Made by a program: the position numbers and the translations under genes. DNA of 64,000 nt from Candidatus Latescibacterota bacterium (GTDB taxonomy: Bacteria > Latescibacterota > UBA2968 > GCA-2709665), in assembly GCA_965205485.1 (NCBI GenBank), contig OZ242180.1:409292-473291 (forward strand), written 5' to 3'. Of this stretch, positions 9,378-19,300 are shown piece by piece. How positions within the stretch are numbered: position 1 is the first letter of the stretch; the number at the start of each line of letters is the position of its first letter. The notes under the pieces are model-generated. The model made no database searches. It was not told where the DNA came from and saw only the letters and a program-made list of their open reading frames with translations.

Positions 9378-10139
9378 ATGGCAAAATCCGCACGTCGTAC
9401 GAGGGCCGGTAAGAAGGCCCCTCCCCGGAAGGCACGGAAGGGACGCACCCGCAGAGGAAAAAAGTCAGTGGCCAGAGAATACCTCGAAGCCATACTGGTC
9501 GCCGTCGCCCTGGCGCTGTTTCTGCGGACCTTCGTCGTTCAGGCCTTCAGCATTCCCACGGGCTCCATGGAGAACACGCTGCTCATAGGCGACTTTCTGC
9601 TGGCAAACAAGATCGTCTACGGCGCCAGGATTCCCTTTACCAACGCGCGACTCCCCGGTTTCAGGGATCCCGAACCCGGTGATATCGTCATTTTCGAGTA
9701 TCCGAAGAATCCGGAAAGGGACTTTATCAAGCGTGTGGTGGCAGGGCCCGGACAGGAGGTTGAAATCCGCGACAAGATCCTCTACGTCGATGGAAAGCGC
9801 ACCGTGGATCCGCCGCTCTCCAAATACACGGACCCGGTCATCCTGCCCGCTTCGTCTCTCGGGGGGATCCGCGACAACATGCGCCTGTCGAGAGTTCCCG
9901 ATGGCCACTATTTCGTTATGGGAGACAACCGCGACAACAGTGAGGACAGCCGCTACTGGAGCTTTTTGGACAAAAGGCGTATCCGGGCGCAGGCGAATAT
10001 CATCTACTGGTCGTGGGCGCCGGACCCCGGGGCGCCGTCGTTCGAAAACATCCTCTCGATTCCCAAGATTGCCGTCTATAACCTGATTCATGGATTCGGG
10101 CGCGCAAGGTGGAGCCGTATCGGACGGATCGTGAAATGA
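9378..10139 (+). CDS. lepB: Signal peptidase I
   Basis: N-terminal TM helix, catalytic-Ser box IPTGSMENTL, KRVVAGPGQEV, and the GDNRDNSEDSRYW box. The classical lepA-lepB adjacency. Confidence 0.9.
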   Translation: MAKSARRTRAGKKAPPRKARKGRTRRGKKSVAREYLEAILVAVALALFLRTFVVQAFSIPTGSMENTLLIGDFLLANKIVYGARIPFTNARLPGFRDPEPGDIVIFEYPKNPERDFIKRVVAGPGQEVEIRDKILYVDGKRTVDPPLSKYTDPVILPASSLGGIRDNMRLSRVPDGHYFVMGDNRDNSEDSRYWSFLDKRRIRAQANIIYWSWAPDPGAPSFENILSIPKIAVYNLIHGFGRARWSRIGRIVK

Positions 10140-10172
10140 TGACATTTTGAATCCAGTACTACCTGTTCCCTC

Positions 10173-11348
10173 ATGCCCAGCCTCTACGTCCACATCCCGT
10201 TCTGCAAATCCAGGTGTCCCTATTGCGACTTCGCATTCGACGTGGGCAAGACGCACATGGCGGACCGATACACGGCGGCAGTCATCCGTGAGTTCCGGAC
10301 CCGGCTGCCGGAGATGGGCGACCGCACAGAGTTCGACACGGTCTATTTCGGCGGCGGTACGCCATCGGAGGTTCCGCCGGAGTCGCTGCGTCGAATTCTT
10401 GACGCCGCTCGATCGATGTCACGAATCACGCCCGATGCGGAGATTTCCGCCGAAGCCAATCCCGAGGACCGTTCGCGGTTTGCGGAGATGGCTGCTATGG
10501 GCATCAACCGTCTCAGCCTGGGCGTACAGGCCCTGGACAGCGCTACGCTCCGGGCCCTCGGAAGGCGTCACACGCCCGACGATGCCGGGGACGCCGTGGA
10601 CGCCGCGCGCCGGGCCGGCTTCTGCAATCTCAATATCGACCTGATGTTTTCCGCGCCCCGGCAGACGGCATCCGTGTGGAGGGAAACCCTGGACCGGGCT
10701 ATAGACCTTTTTCCCGATCACGTCTCCGTTTACGGGCTGACTGTCGAGCCGGGCACCGCATTCGGCCGCAGATTGAAGGGAGGCCGCCTTCCGCTGCCCC
10801 CCGAAGACACCCAGGCGGAAATGTACGAGGTCGCGCAGGAAAAGCTGAGCGAGGCCGGATTCGTCCAGTACGAAGTCTCGAACTTCGCGCAACCCGGCTT
10901 TGCTTGCCGCCACAATATCGCTTGCTGGGAGAGGCGCGCCTACCTTGGCGTCGGGCTTTCCGCCCATTCCTTCTTCAACAACCGCCGGACCTGGAACATC
11001 CGCCCGCTCATGGCGTATATAGATAATGTGGAATCCTCCGGTGTCGCCATTGACGGGGAAGAGGTGATCTCCTCACGTGAGAGGCGCCTGGAACAGGTGA
11101 TGCTCGGTCTCCGCCGCGCCGACGGCATTCCGGAAGGGCTGTTGGGGGCGGGCCGCAAATCGACCTCTTTCATTCCCGATCACCTACTTGAACGTGGTGA
11201 CGGGCGTGTCCGGCTCACCCGCCGCGGACTCCTGCTGGCGGATCTGATCTGTGCGGAACTGGTAAGAAGCTGTTTTAAAATTACCGGTGAGTTCCCGAGC
11301 GCGAGCGAAAAAGTGGCGGTCAAGGCGGGGAGACCCACCCGTATCTGA
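10173..11348 (+). CDS. hemW: Radical SAM heme chaperone HemW (HemN-like oxygen-independent coproporphyrinogen oxidase family)
   Basis: YVHIPFCKSRCPYCDF (CxxxCxxC cluster motif), GGGTPS, and a HemN C-terminal domain. The last ~27 codons are encoded by a MITE (see 11265..11427). Confidence 0.85.
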   Translation: MPSLYVHIPFCKSRCPYCDFAFDVGKTHMADRYTAAVIREFRTRLPEMGDRTEFDTVYFGGGTPSEVPPESLRRILDAARSMSRITPDAEISAEANPEDRSRFAEMAAMGINRLSLGVQALDSATLRALGRRHTPDDAGDAVDAARRAGFCNLNIDLMFSAPRQTASVWRETLDRAIDLFPDHVSVYGLTVEPGTAFGRRLKGGRLPLPPEDTQAEMYEVAQEKLSEAGFVQYEVSNFAQPGFACRHNIACWERRAYLGVGLSAHSFFNNRRTWNIRPLMAYIDNVESSGVAIDGEEVISSRERRLEQVMLGLRRADGIPEGLLGAGRKSTSFIPDHLLERGDGRVRLTRRGLLLADLICAELVRSCFKITGEFPSASEKVAVKAGRPTRI

Positions 11349-11427
11349 AGACACCGGTGGGTCTTACCAACGCCGACCGGCGCTTTTGCAGCCGCGCGAA
11401 GACCGCTGGGAATTTTAAGACAGCTTC
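11265..11427. mobile_element. MITE-like element, family 1 (TIR AGAAGCTGTYTTAAAATTMCC), copy 1, 163 bp
   Basis: The ends GAAGCTGTTTTAAAATTACC ... GGGAATTTTAAGACAGCTTC are inverted repeats, and both termini (~60 bp and ~50 bp) match the copy at 49909..50120. Contains an internal hairpin AGACCCACC...GGTGGGTCT. The hemW ORF runs into it. Confidence 0.75.
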
Positions 11428-11439
11428 TATGGAGACGGA

Positions 11440-12342
11440 ATGGAAATCCGCCTGAGAGCGCCCGGCTCCACCTCCAACCTGGGTCCCGGATTCGACGCGC
11501 TCGGCCTTGCCCTGACCCTCTACAACCGGGTTGTCATTCGAACCCGGTCCGATGACCGTCGCAGGAGGATGTTCATTACCGGAAAGGGCGCCGGGAAACT
11601 TCCGCTGGACGGATCCAACCTTTTCTTCCGGTCGGCGGACGCGGCCGCTCAACGTGCCGGCCGGTCGCTGCCCGGGCTGGAAGTGGAGATGCACAACGGC
11701 ATCCCGCTCTCCCGCGGCCTGGGAAGCAGTTCCACCGCTATCGTAACCGGCGTGTATGCGGCCAACCTGCTCATGGACGAACCCTTTTCCGGTCCCGCCC
11801 TTCTCAATCTCGCTACGGAACTGGAAGGCCATCCCGATAACGTCGCGCCATGCCTCCTGGGAGGCCTCGTCATCTGCTCCTGCGAAAACGGTCTCGTCGA
11901 GACGATCCGGGCCCTGCCGCCTCGGGAACTTCGTGCCGTGGTCGCGGTCCCCCGCTTTGAACTCCAGACGGAAGCCGCGCGAGCAGCCCTTCCGGAACAC
12001 GTGCCGCACAGGGACGCGGTGTTCAACGTGGGCCGCGCGTGCCTGGTGACGGCGGCGCTGATGAGCGGTGAACTGTGCACATTGAAATCCGCGATGCGCG
12101 ACCGCCTCCATCAGCCGTACCGTGCATCGCTCGTGCCCGGAATCGAAGACGTACTCGAAGCCGCGGAAAAAGCGGGAGCCATGGGCGCTTGCCTCAGCGG
12201 CGCCGGACCGACGTTGCTGGCCTTCGCGACCGATGACGCCACGAATATAGCGGGCGCCATGAAGAACGCGTGGGCGCGTCGGAACATGCACGTCGACACT
12301 GCCGTCCTGCGTGTCGATCATGACGGGGTAACCACGGAATGA
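11440..12342 (+). CDS. thrB: Homoserine kinase
   Basis: GHMP-kinase N-terminus APGSTSNLGPGFDALGLAL and the GHMP motif PLSRGLGSSS. 300 aa. Confidence 0.85.
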   Translation: MEIRLRAPGSTSNLGPGFDALGLALTLYNRVVIRTRSDDRRRRMFITGKGAGKLPLDGSNLFFRSADAAAQRAGRSLPGLEVEMHNGIPLSRGLGSSSTAIVTGVYAANLLMDEPFSGPALLNLATELEGHPDNVAPCLLGGLVICSCENGLVETIRALPPRELRAVVAVPRFELQTEAARAALPEHVPHRDAVFNVGRACLVTAALMSGELCTLKSAMRDRLHQPYRASLVPGIEDVLEAAEKAGAMGACLSGAGPTLLAFATDDATNIAGAMKNAWARRNMHVDTAVLRVDHDGVTTE

Positions 12343-14018
12343 CCGGGTTTTTCTCCTACGGTAAGCCGACTCTTGTCCTGCGTCTGATTGCAATCCTGCT
12401 TTCCTTCGGTCTCGTCTCTGAACCCGTCATGCTGTTCGCGCAATCGGGACCCGGGCGGGAACTGGGCCGGAGGAGGTCCGATCGCAAACCCATCGGCGCA
12501 ACGCTGCAGCCGGACGAAATGCAGGGCCTGGACGTGAAGTGGATCGGTAAAATCGCTTACGACGCCATTATCCGCTCCGAACGCTACATTGTCGGTCCAG
12601 GCGATACCTTCAGCATACACATCGAAGCCGGCGAGGAACCGGTGACGCACCCCGTTCTTGTCAATGCGGAAGGCAAACTGGTCATTCCGTACGTCGGCGC
12701 AATCCAGTTGGCGGGGCTCAACCTTGGAGAAAGCCGGAAGAAGATCCAGGAAGCGGTCAGCGAAAGCCTGAACCGGCTCGATATCCAGATCTCGCTCACC
12801 CGGCTGCGCAGTTTTCCGGTCAACGTTGTAGGACAGGTGACCCATCCCGGTACATACATGGTAGAGGGGACCGAACAGGTTTCCGAACTGATCAGCCAGG
12901 CGGGCGGGCTGCTGAAGCCACCGGACGGCAGAGCTTCGCACCGGAATATTCAGATTCAGCGACTTTCCGAAACCGGCAGGCCGATGGAAACGGAACGCAA
13001 CGCGGACCTCGCCCTGTGGCGGCTTTCGGGCGATATCGCCCACAACCCCTTCCTGCTGGATGGCGACCAGATCTTCGTGCCGGCGCTCACGGACTCAGTG
13101 CGTATCTCAGGCGCGGTCTTTAAACCCGGGAGCTACGAATTCGTCTCCGGCGATCGTGTTTCCAACCTGATTGCTCTGGCCGGTGGATTGCACGGAGATG
13201 CCGCTACCGCCAGCGCCGGCCTGCTCCGTTCTCTTTTCGCCGAAGGAAGCGAAGAACGGCACGCGATCCGGATTTCGCAGGCGCTGGCCGGCGACCCGGA
13301 TGCGGACCTGCCGCTTCGCGCGGGAGACAAACTCCACGTGGCCGTGAAGGAACGGCGGGTCAACCTGGAGGGCGAAGTGTACTTTCCCGGAACCTATTTC
13401 ATCGGTGCGGGGATGACGCTGAAAGATCTGATCGGGAAGGCAGGCGGATTCACGTCCAGAGCCTCACTCGCCCAGTCCATCGTAGTCCGCCGCGTGGAGT
13501 TTCCGAAAGGGGTGGCCGGTCCCAGACAGCTGCAGAGCGTTGGTCCCATCAGCCTGACCGACGCCCAGCGGACCTATATGGCCATGCAGAAACAGCAGAT
13601 GTCGGGGCGCCTGCCGGTCGATTTCGTCGCTCTTTTCGAGAAAAAGGACGATTCGCAGAACATCCTGCTCAGAGACGGGGATATCGTCAGGATACCCAGG
13701 CTCGTACCCTCGGTTGCGGTCAACGGATACGTCATCACGCCCGGCGCGATTCCCTACGAGCCGGATCTGGGCGTTCAGGACTACATCAGCAGGGCGGGCG
13801 GGCTTAACGAACAGGCAGAAAGAGGCGAGATATACGTGATACAGGGCAGCACCGGCAACTGGACAAAGGCCTCCAGGGTTCAGCAGGTCAATCCCGGGGA
13901 CACGATTTTTGTCATGGGCAAGAAACCCGTACACGGCTGGCGGCTCTTCCGCGAGACGCTGGTCGTGCTCTCGCAGGTGGCCGCCCTGGTCATTGCGGTA
14001 CGGAGCATCAGTCGTTAA
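12339..14018 (+). CDS. Polysaccharide export protein (Wza/OPX-like; Poly_export plus SLBB domains) with signal peptide
   Basis: Start overlaps the thrB stop (ATGA). N-terminal hydrophobic signal. VGPGDTFSIHI is a Poly_export-like motif, followed by repeated SLBB-like units (GEV.FPG.Y). Confidence 0.7.
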   Translation: MTGFFSYGKPTLVLRLIAILLSFGLVSEPVMLFAQSGPGRELGRRRSDRKPIGATLQPDEMQGLDVKWIGKIAYDAIIRSERYIVGPGDTFSIHIEAGEEPVTHPVLVNAEGKLVIPYVGAIQLAGLNLGESRKKIQEAVSESLNRLDIQISLTRLRSFPVNVVGQVTHPGTYMVEGTEQVSELISQAGGLLKPPDGRASHRNIQIQRLSETGRPMETERNADLALWRLSGDIAHNPFLLDGDQIFVPALTDSVRISGAVFKPGSYEFVSGDRVSNLIALAGGLHGDAATASAGLLRSLFAEGSEERHAIRISQALAGDPDADLPLRAGDKLHVAVKERRVNLEGEVYFPGTYFIGAGMTLKDLIGKAGGFTSRASLAQSIVVRRVEFPKGVAGPRQLQSVGPISLTDAQRTYMAMQKQQMSGRLPVDFVALFEKKDDSQNILLRDGDIVRIPRLVPSVAVNGYVITPGAIPYEPDLGVQDYISRAGGLNEQAERGEIYVIQGSTGNWTKASRVQQVNPGDTIFVMGKKPVHGWRLFRETLVVLSQVAALVIAVRSISR

Positions 14019-15217
14019 TGGAACCCGAAAAGAACTTTCTCGACCATCTGGCCGTCCTTGTGCGCTGGCGGCGAATGATACTTGTCACCTGTATCACCGT
14101 ATCCGTCGTGACGGCGGGCGTCAGTCTGATCATCACCCCGGTCTACCGAGCAAACGCCGTCCTGTTTCCGCCCAGCGAGAGCCAGGGAACGCTGGGCATC
14201 TCCGCCATTCTCGAAAAACTGCCGGTGGGAATGCTGGGCATGGGGGAAAGCGTCGTTTCGGCTACGGAATTCGTGCCGATCCTGAAAAGCCAGCGCGTGG
14301 CCGAAGCCATCATCCGCCGATTCAATCTTCAGAAAACGTACGACGCCGAAACCCGGGAGGAACTCCTGCAGATGGTCGACGACCGGCTGGAAGTGGAACT
14401 CTCCCGCGAACAGTTCCTGACCGTATCCTACGAAGCGGAGTCACCGGAAACGGCCGCCGAGATTACCAATGCCTTCGTCGAAGAGCTCGATCTTGCGTTG
14501 AAGCACCGGCGCGAGCAACAGGCGCGCGACCTCCGCAGCTACCTGGAGAAACGCCTGGCGCAGGCCGAACGCAGCATGATCGAAGCCGAAGTGGCGTATA
14601 ACGCGTTCCAGAAGGAACATTCGGCCATCGACATAGAGAGCCAGACCAAGGCGCAGATAGACGCTTACTCCTCCCTCATCACTTCAACGCTGGGCGAGAT
14701 GTTCATCCGCCGCGAAATCGCCGCCCTTCAGATGAACCCCGACAACAGCAGGGTCCGGCAGCTCGAGATCGAGATCGAGGGTGCGAGAGAGGCCCTGGAC
14801 GGCATCCTCGCGGGGTCGGACACCGACAGCGTAGGGAGCACGGTTCGCGATATGCCCGGCATCATGCTACCGATGGACCGGATCCCGGACCTGGGACTGC
14901 AGGCCATGCGACTGATGCGCGAGATGGAAATCCGAAACCTGATCTATCAGTTCGTACTTCAGGAATACGAAAAAAGCAGTTTTGAAGAGAAAAAGGAAAC
15001 GTCCCTGGTCGTGGTTCTGGACCCGGCCGTGCCGCCCGACTTTCGGAGCCGCCCGCGGCGCGCGCTGATGGTTGGCACCGCCGCCGGTCTGAGCCTGCTC
15101 CTGAGCATCCTGGTCGCATTCGTGATGGAGGCCCTGCGAAGTCCCGCTCCGGAAAACCGCAACCGGCTGGAGGCGATCCGCCAGGAACTCAGGCCCCCGA
15201 AAACCCGGCAAGAGTAA
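14018..15217 (+). CDS. Polysaccharide co-polymerase / chain-length determinant (Wzz/GumC-like)
   Basis: Coupled start (TAATG). Two TM helices, one N-terminal and one C-terminal, flanking a long coiled-coil periplasmic region: PCP topology. Confidence 0.6.
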   Translation: MEPEKNFLDHLAVLVRWRRMILVTCITVSVVTAGVSLIITPVYRANAVLFPPSESQGTLGISAILEKLPVGMLGMGESVVSATEFVPILKSQRVAEAIIRRFNLQKTYDAETREELLQMVDDRLEVELSREQFLTVSYEAESPETAAEITNAFVEELDLALKHRREQQARDLRSYLEKRLAQAERSMIEAEVAYNAFQKEHSAIDIESQTKAQIDAYSSLITSTLGEMFIRREIAALQMNPDNSRVRQLEIEIEGAREALDGILAGSDTDSVGSTVRDMPGIMLPMDRIPDLGLQAMRLMREMEIRNLIYQFVLQEYEKSSFEEKKETSLVVVLDPAVPPDFRSRPRRALMVGTAAGLSLLLSILVAFVMEALRSPAPENRNRLEAIRQELRPPKTRQE

Positions 15218-15259
15218 ATCCCATCACAAGTTGCCGGTATTCCCCACAAAACTTCTGCC

Positions 15260-16261
15260 ATGTCCCATCGCATACTCACCACCGTCGTTGGAAGCTATCC
15301 CGTGCCGGACTGGCTTCAATTCTCTCCCTCCCGACAGACGTTGATCGATGCCATTCGTGTCGTGTTGAAAACCCAGGAAGACGCGGGAATAGACGTCGTC
15401 GCGGACGGAGAACTCTACCGGTTCGACGTCAATCATCCTGAAACCAACGGCATGATCGACTATTTCGCTCGAAGACTGGGCGGTATCGCAACCCGGTTCG
15501 GACGTGAGGACCTGGATGCGTTTCGCTCGGATGCCGGCCTTTCCTATCGTGCGGACCCCGCGGGCATAATCGAGCGCGAACTCGACGAAGGCACGCTCAA
15601 TCTGCCAGAGGACTGCCGCATGGTCCGGCCTCTGACGCGGTCCAGGTTGAAATTCACCCTCACCGGACCGCACATGTTCAGCAAGGTCCTTATGGATCGC
15701 CACTACGGAGACCCGGCGGCCGCGGCCCTGGCGCTTGGCGAACTCCTCGCCAGACAGGTTGCCGATATCGACGCGGACGTGATCCAGATCGACGAAGCCA
15801 ATATCCCCGGACACCCTGAAGAAGCCGACTGGGCTGCCCGCGCGATAAACACCGTACTGGACGCGGTTCAGGGAGAGAAAGCGGTGCACGTCTGCTTCGG
15901 GAATTACGGCGGCCAGACCGTTCAACGAGGCGCGTGGCAGGACCTGGTCCCGTATCTCGCCGCGTTGAGGGCGGACCATCTCGTCCTTGAATTCAAACGC
16001 TGGGGAATCAAACACGCGGCATGCCTGAAGGACGTTCCCGAGTCCGTTCGGATCGGGATCGGTGTGATCGACATCAAGACCAACGCGGTGGAGACCCCTG
16101 ACGAAATCGCATCCGACATCGAAGCCGCGGCGGGCCTCCTCGGGCCGGATCGAATCGCCTGCGTCCATCCCGATTGCGGCTTCTGGATGCTCCAGCGCAG
16201 CGTTGCCGACCGGAAGATCGAAGCCCTCGTAAGGGGGCGGGACCTCTTCGAAGGGCGTTGA
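15260..16261 (+). CDS. Core methionine synthase (cobalamin-independent MetE C-terminal catalytic domain only; UroD/MetE-like TIM barrel)
   Basis: 333 aa, lacking the N-terminal MetE barrel. Zn-ligand-like positions (VHVCFGNY...; CVHPDCGF) sit in the MetE C-terminal-domain arrangement. Confidence 0.7.
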   Translation: MSHRILTTVVGSYPVPDWLQFSPSRQTLIDAIRVVLKTQEDAGIDVVADGELYRFDVNHPETNGMIDYFARRLGGIATRFGREDLDAFRSDAGLSYRADPAGIIERELDEGTLNLPEDCRMVRPLTRSRLKFTLTGPHMFSKVLMDRHYGDPAAAALALGELLARQVADIDADVIQIDEANIPGHPEEADWAARAINTVLDAVQGEKAVHVCFGNYGGQTVQRGAWQDLVPYLAALRADHLVLEFKRWGIKHAACLKDVPESVRIGIGVIDIKTNAVETPDEIASDIEAAAGLLGPDRIACVHPDCGFWMLQRSVADRKIEALVRGRDLFEGR

Positions 16262-16311
16262 ACCCGGCGGCCTTTTTGCTGAACCAATTCACTGTCGCCC
16301 GAATCCAGTCT

Positions 16312-19300
16312 ATGCGTTCAATTCGAAAAAACCACAGTATACTGTTCATCCTTGGCGTTCTGCTCGCGCTGGCCGACGCGTCATTTGCCCAGAATCGCGG
16401 TTCGCTGATTACGATTGCAGGCGGCGGCGACCGGGAAGGCGAGAATATCCCCGCGACCGACCTTGCCCTGAGCGTCCCCCTCGGCGCCGCTACCAGCGCC
16501 GACGGCCACGTCTATATCGCCGATACCGGCACGCACCGCATCCGCAGGGTGGATGCGGTCACCGGGCAGGTCACGACCATAGCCGGAACCGGAGAGGCCG
16601 GATTCGCGGGCGACGGAGGACCCGCCGCCGAAGCGCAACTGGACAGACCCCAGGGCATCGCGGTCGATGAGGCCGGCAACGTATATATCGGCGATACGGG
16701 CAACCGGCGCGTCCGGCGCATCGACGCCGCAACGGGGATCATCACCACCGTCGCGGGAAGCGGCGAGTTCGGTTTCGACGGCGACGGAGGTCCGGCTGTC
16801 TCCGCCGTACTCGGCGAAATCGTCGCTCTGACTATAGGCCCTCGCGGCGGACTCTATATCGCTGACGGGCTGGACGGACAGGCGCGGGGCAACAACCGGG
16901 TGCGGAGGATCGACCTCGATACCGGCGTGATCACCACCCTTGCAGGCGACGGCGATTTCTCATTCGGCGGCGACGACGGCCCGGCGGTTGAAGCCGGACT
17001 GACGGTAGAAGACGTCGCAGTCGACGCGTCGGGAAATATCTTCATCGCGGACTTCAACAATTATCGCATCAGGCGTATAGACGGTGAGACAGGCATAATC
17101 AGCACTGTGGCAGGCCGCGGTCCCGTATTCGGAGGCGGCGGCGCATTCTCAGGCGACGGCGGACCGGCCACCGAGGCACGGCTCGATCTGCCCGGCGGCG
17201 TGGCCGTCGGCGTGGACGGAACCCTCTATATATCGGATACCGGCAACAACCGCGTCCGCGCCGTGGATTCCGGTACCGGGAATATCTACACCCTGGCGGG
17301 CACAGGCAATTTCGGATCCGCCGGTGACGGCGGGCCGGCGCCGCTCGCCGAACTCCGAGAGCCCTCTCGCGTGGTCCTGGACCCTGACGACAACCTGATC
17401 GTCGTGGATACCGGCAACAGCCGCATCCGAAAACTTCTCGACCCTGCTTTCCAGTCGCCCGTTCTCAGTCTGACCGCCGCCCGTGTCGACTTCGGAGCGG
17501 TCGTTGTGGAAGACCAGACGACGCGCACGTTTGCGATCGGAAACGTGGGGAGGCGCACCCTCACGCTGTCCAGCGCTTCGACCGACCGGCGGGAGTTCGT
17601 CCTTCTGAACGCATTCCCGGTCGAAATCGATCCGTCCGGGGAGACTGAAATTCAGATTCGGTTCAGCCCCCTGGACGAAGGTGTCGTGCAGGGAACGCTC
17701 ACCATCAATACCGACGATCCATGGCGTCCCGAAGTCACCGTCCCTCTCTCGGGAACGGGCGCGGCGCCGGACATCGGAGTTTTCCCCGAAAGCATCGAAT
17801 TCGATCGTACGTACGTGGGCCGTGAGCAGTCAATCGTCCTGCGGGTCGCAAACCTCGGCGCAGGCGTACTGACGGTCTTCCGCGCCGAACTGACAGACCC
17901 GGTACAATTCTCCGTCAGCCTGGACGATACCCTGCGCATCCCGTCGAGCCTTAGACAGAGCCTGGACGTCGTGTTCCGACCTGTCAACACAGGCACGCAG
18001 CGAGCGGAACTCACGCTGTACAGCAACGATCCCAACGACCCGGAGCTGGTCATACCCCTCCGCGGCTTCGGAAGGGAATCCCGGCCGGGCGGTTTCCTCG
18101 ACGCGGCGGCAGGCCTGAGGATGGCCGATAGCGGCGCCGGCTTCGGCGCCGCCTGGGCGGATTACGACGGGGACGGAGACCCCGACCTGTACGTGGTGCG
18201 CAGCCTGCAGTCCAACCTGCTCTACCGGAACGACGGGGACGGCTTTACGGAGGTGGGCTCCGTGGTTGGCGTGGCGGACGACGGCGACGGCAGCGCGGCC
18301 GCCTGGGCGGACATCGACGGAGACGGCGATCTGGACCTGTACGTCACGAACTTCGGACAGCCCAACCGGCTCTACCGCAACGATGGCAACCGATTCTCCG
18401 AAATCGCCGCGCAGGCCGGCGTGGACGACGGAGGAGACGGGTACGGCGCCGCCTGGGCGGACGTGGAGGGAGACGGCGACCCCGACCTGTACGTGGCCAA
18501 CTTCGGCGATAACCGGTTCTACCGGAATGAACGCGGCCGCTTTGTCGAAGCCGCCGCGGATGCCGGTCTGGACGACGACAACAGCAGCCTGCAGCCGGCG
18601 TGGGCGGACTACGACGGGGACGGCGACCCGGATCTCTTTCTTGCGAACAGCGGGCCGAATCGACTCTTCAGAAACGACGGCGGCAGCTTTGCGGACGCTT
18701 CGTCGGACGCGGGCCTGGAGGAACTCGGACTGGGCGGAGCGAGCTTCGGAGCGGCCTGGGGCGATTTCGATAACGACAGGGACCTGGATCTGTACGTGAC
18801 CTATTTCGGCGAAGGCAACCGCCTTTATGTCAACATCAACGGCCGGTTCGAGGAGTCCAGCAGCAGATTCGACGTGGCGGGACCGGACACCGTGGACAGC
18901 AGGGGCGCGGTCTGGGGTGATTTCGACAGTGACGGCGATCTGGACCTCTTCGTCTCCAATGCCGGAGTGAAGAACAATCTCTACCGAAACGAAGGCGGTA
19001 CCTTCACCGACATGGCTGACTCCTTCCGCGTGGCGGGCGGCGCCAACAGCCGCGGCGTGGCCCTGGCGGACTTCAACGGCGACGGCGGGCTGGACATCTT
19101 CGTGGTCGTTCAGGACGACGCCGACCATCTGTACCAGAACCGGGAATTCAATGGAAACTGGCTGGCCATTCGTCCGCGCGCCACAAGGAGCAGTCCGGAT
19201 GCCATCGGCACGCGATTTGAAATCGCATTCGACGGCACGGCCGCGACCCGGGAGATCACGGGCGGCGCGTCCTATCTTTCCCAGGACGCCCTGACCGCGG

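Noticed and set aside
16174-16311. Upstream extension of the giant gene (track start 16174, MRLLDAPAQRCRPEDRSPRKG…)
   Set aside because: The extension overlaps the end of the core-MetE gene, is Arg/Pro-rich, and precedes a perfect signal peptide beginning at the ATG at 16312. The shorter start was chosen. Analogous trimming was applied at 28546 to 28447, 44597 to 44348, 49010 to 48830, 51319 to 51166, 53908 to 53821 and 61547 to 61457.
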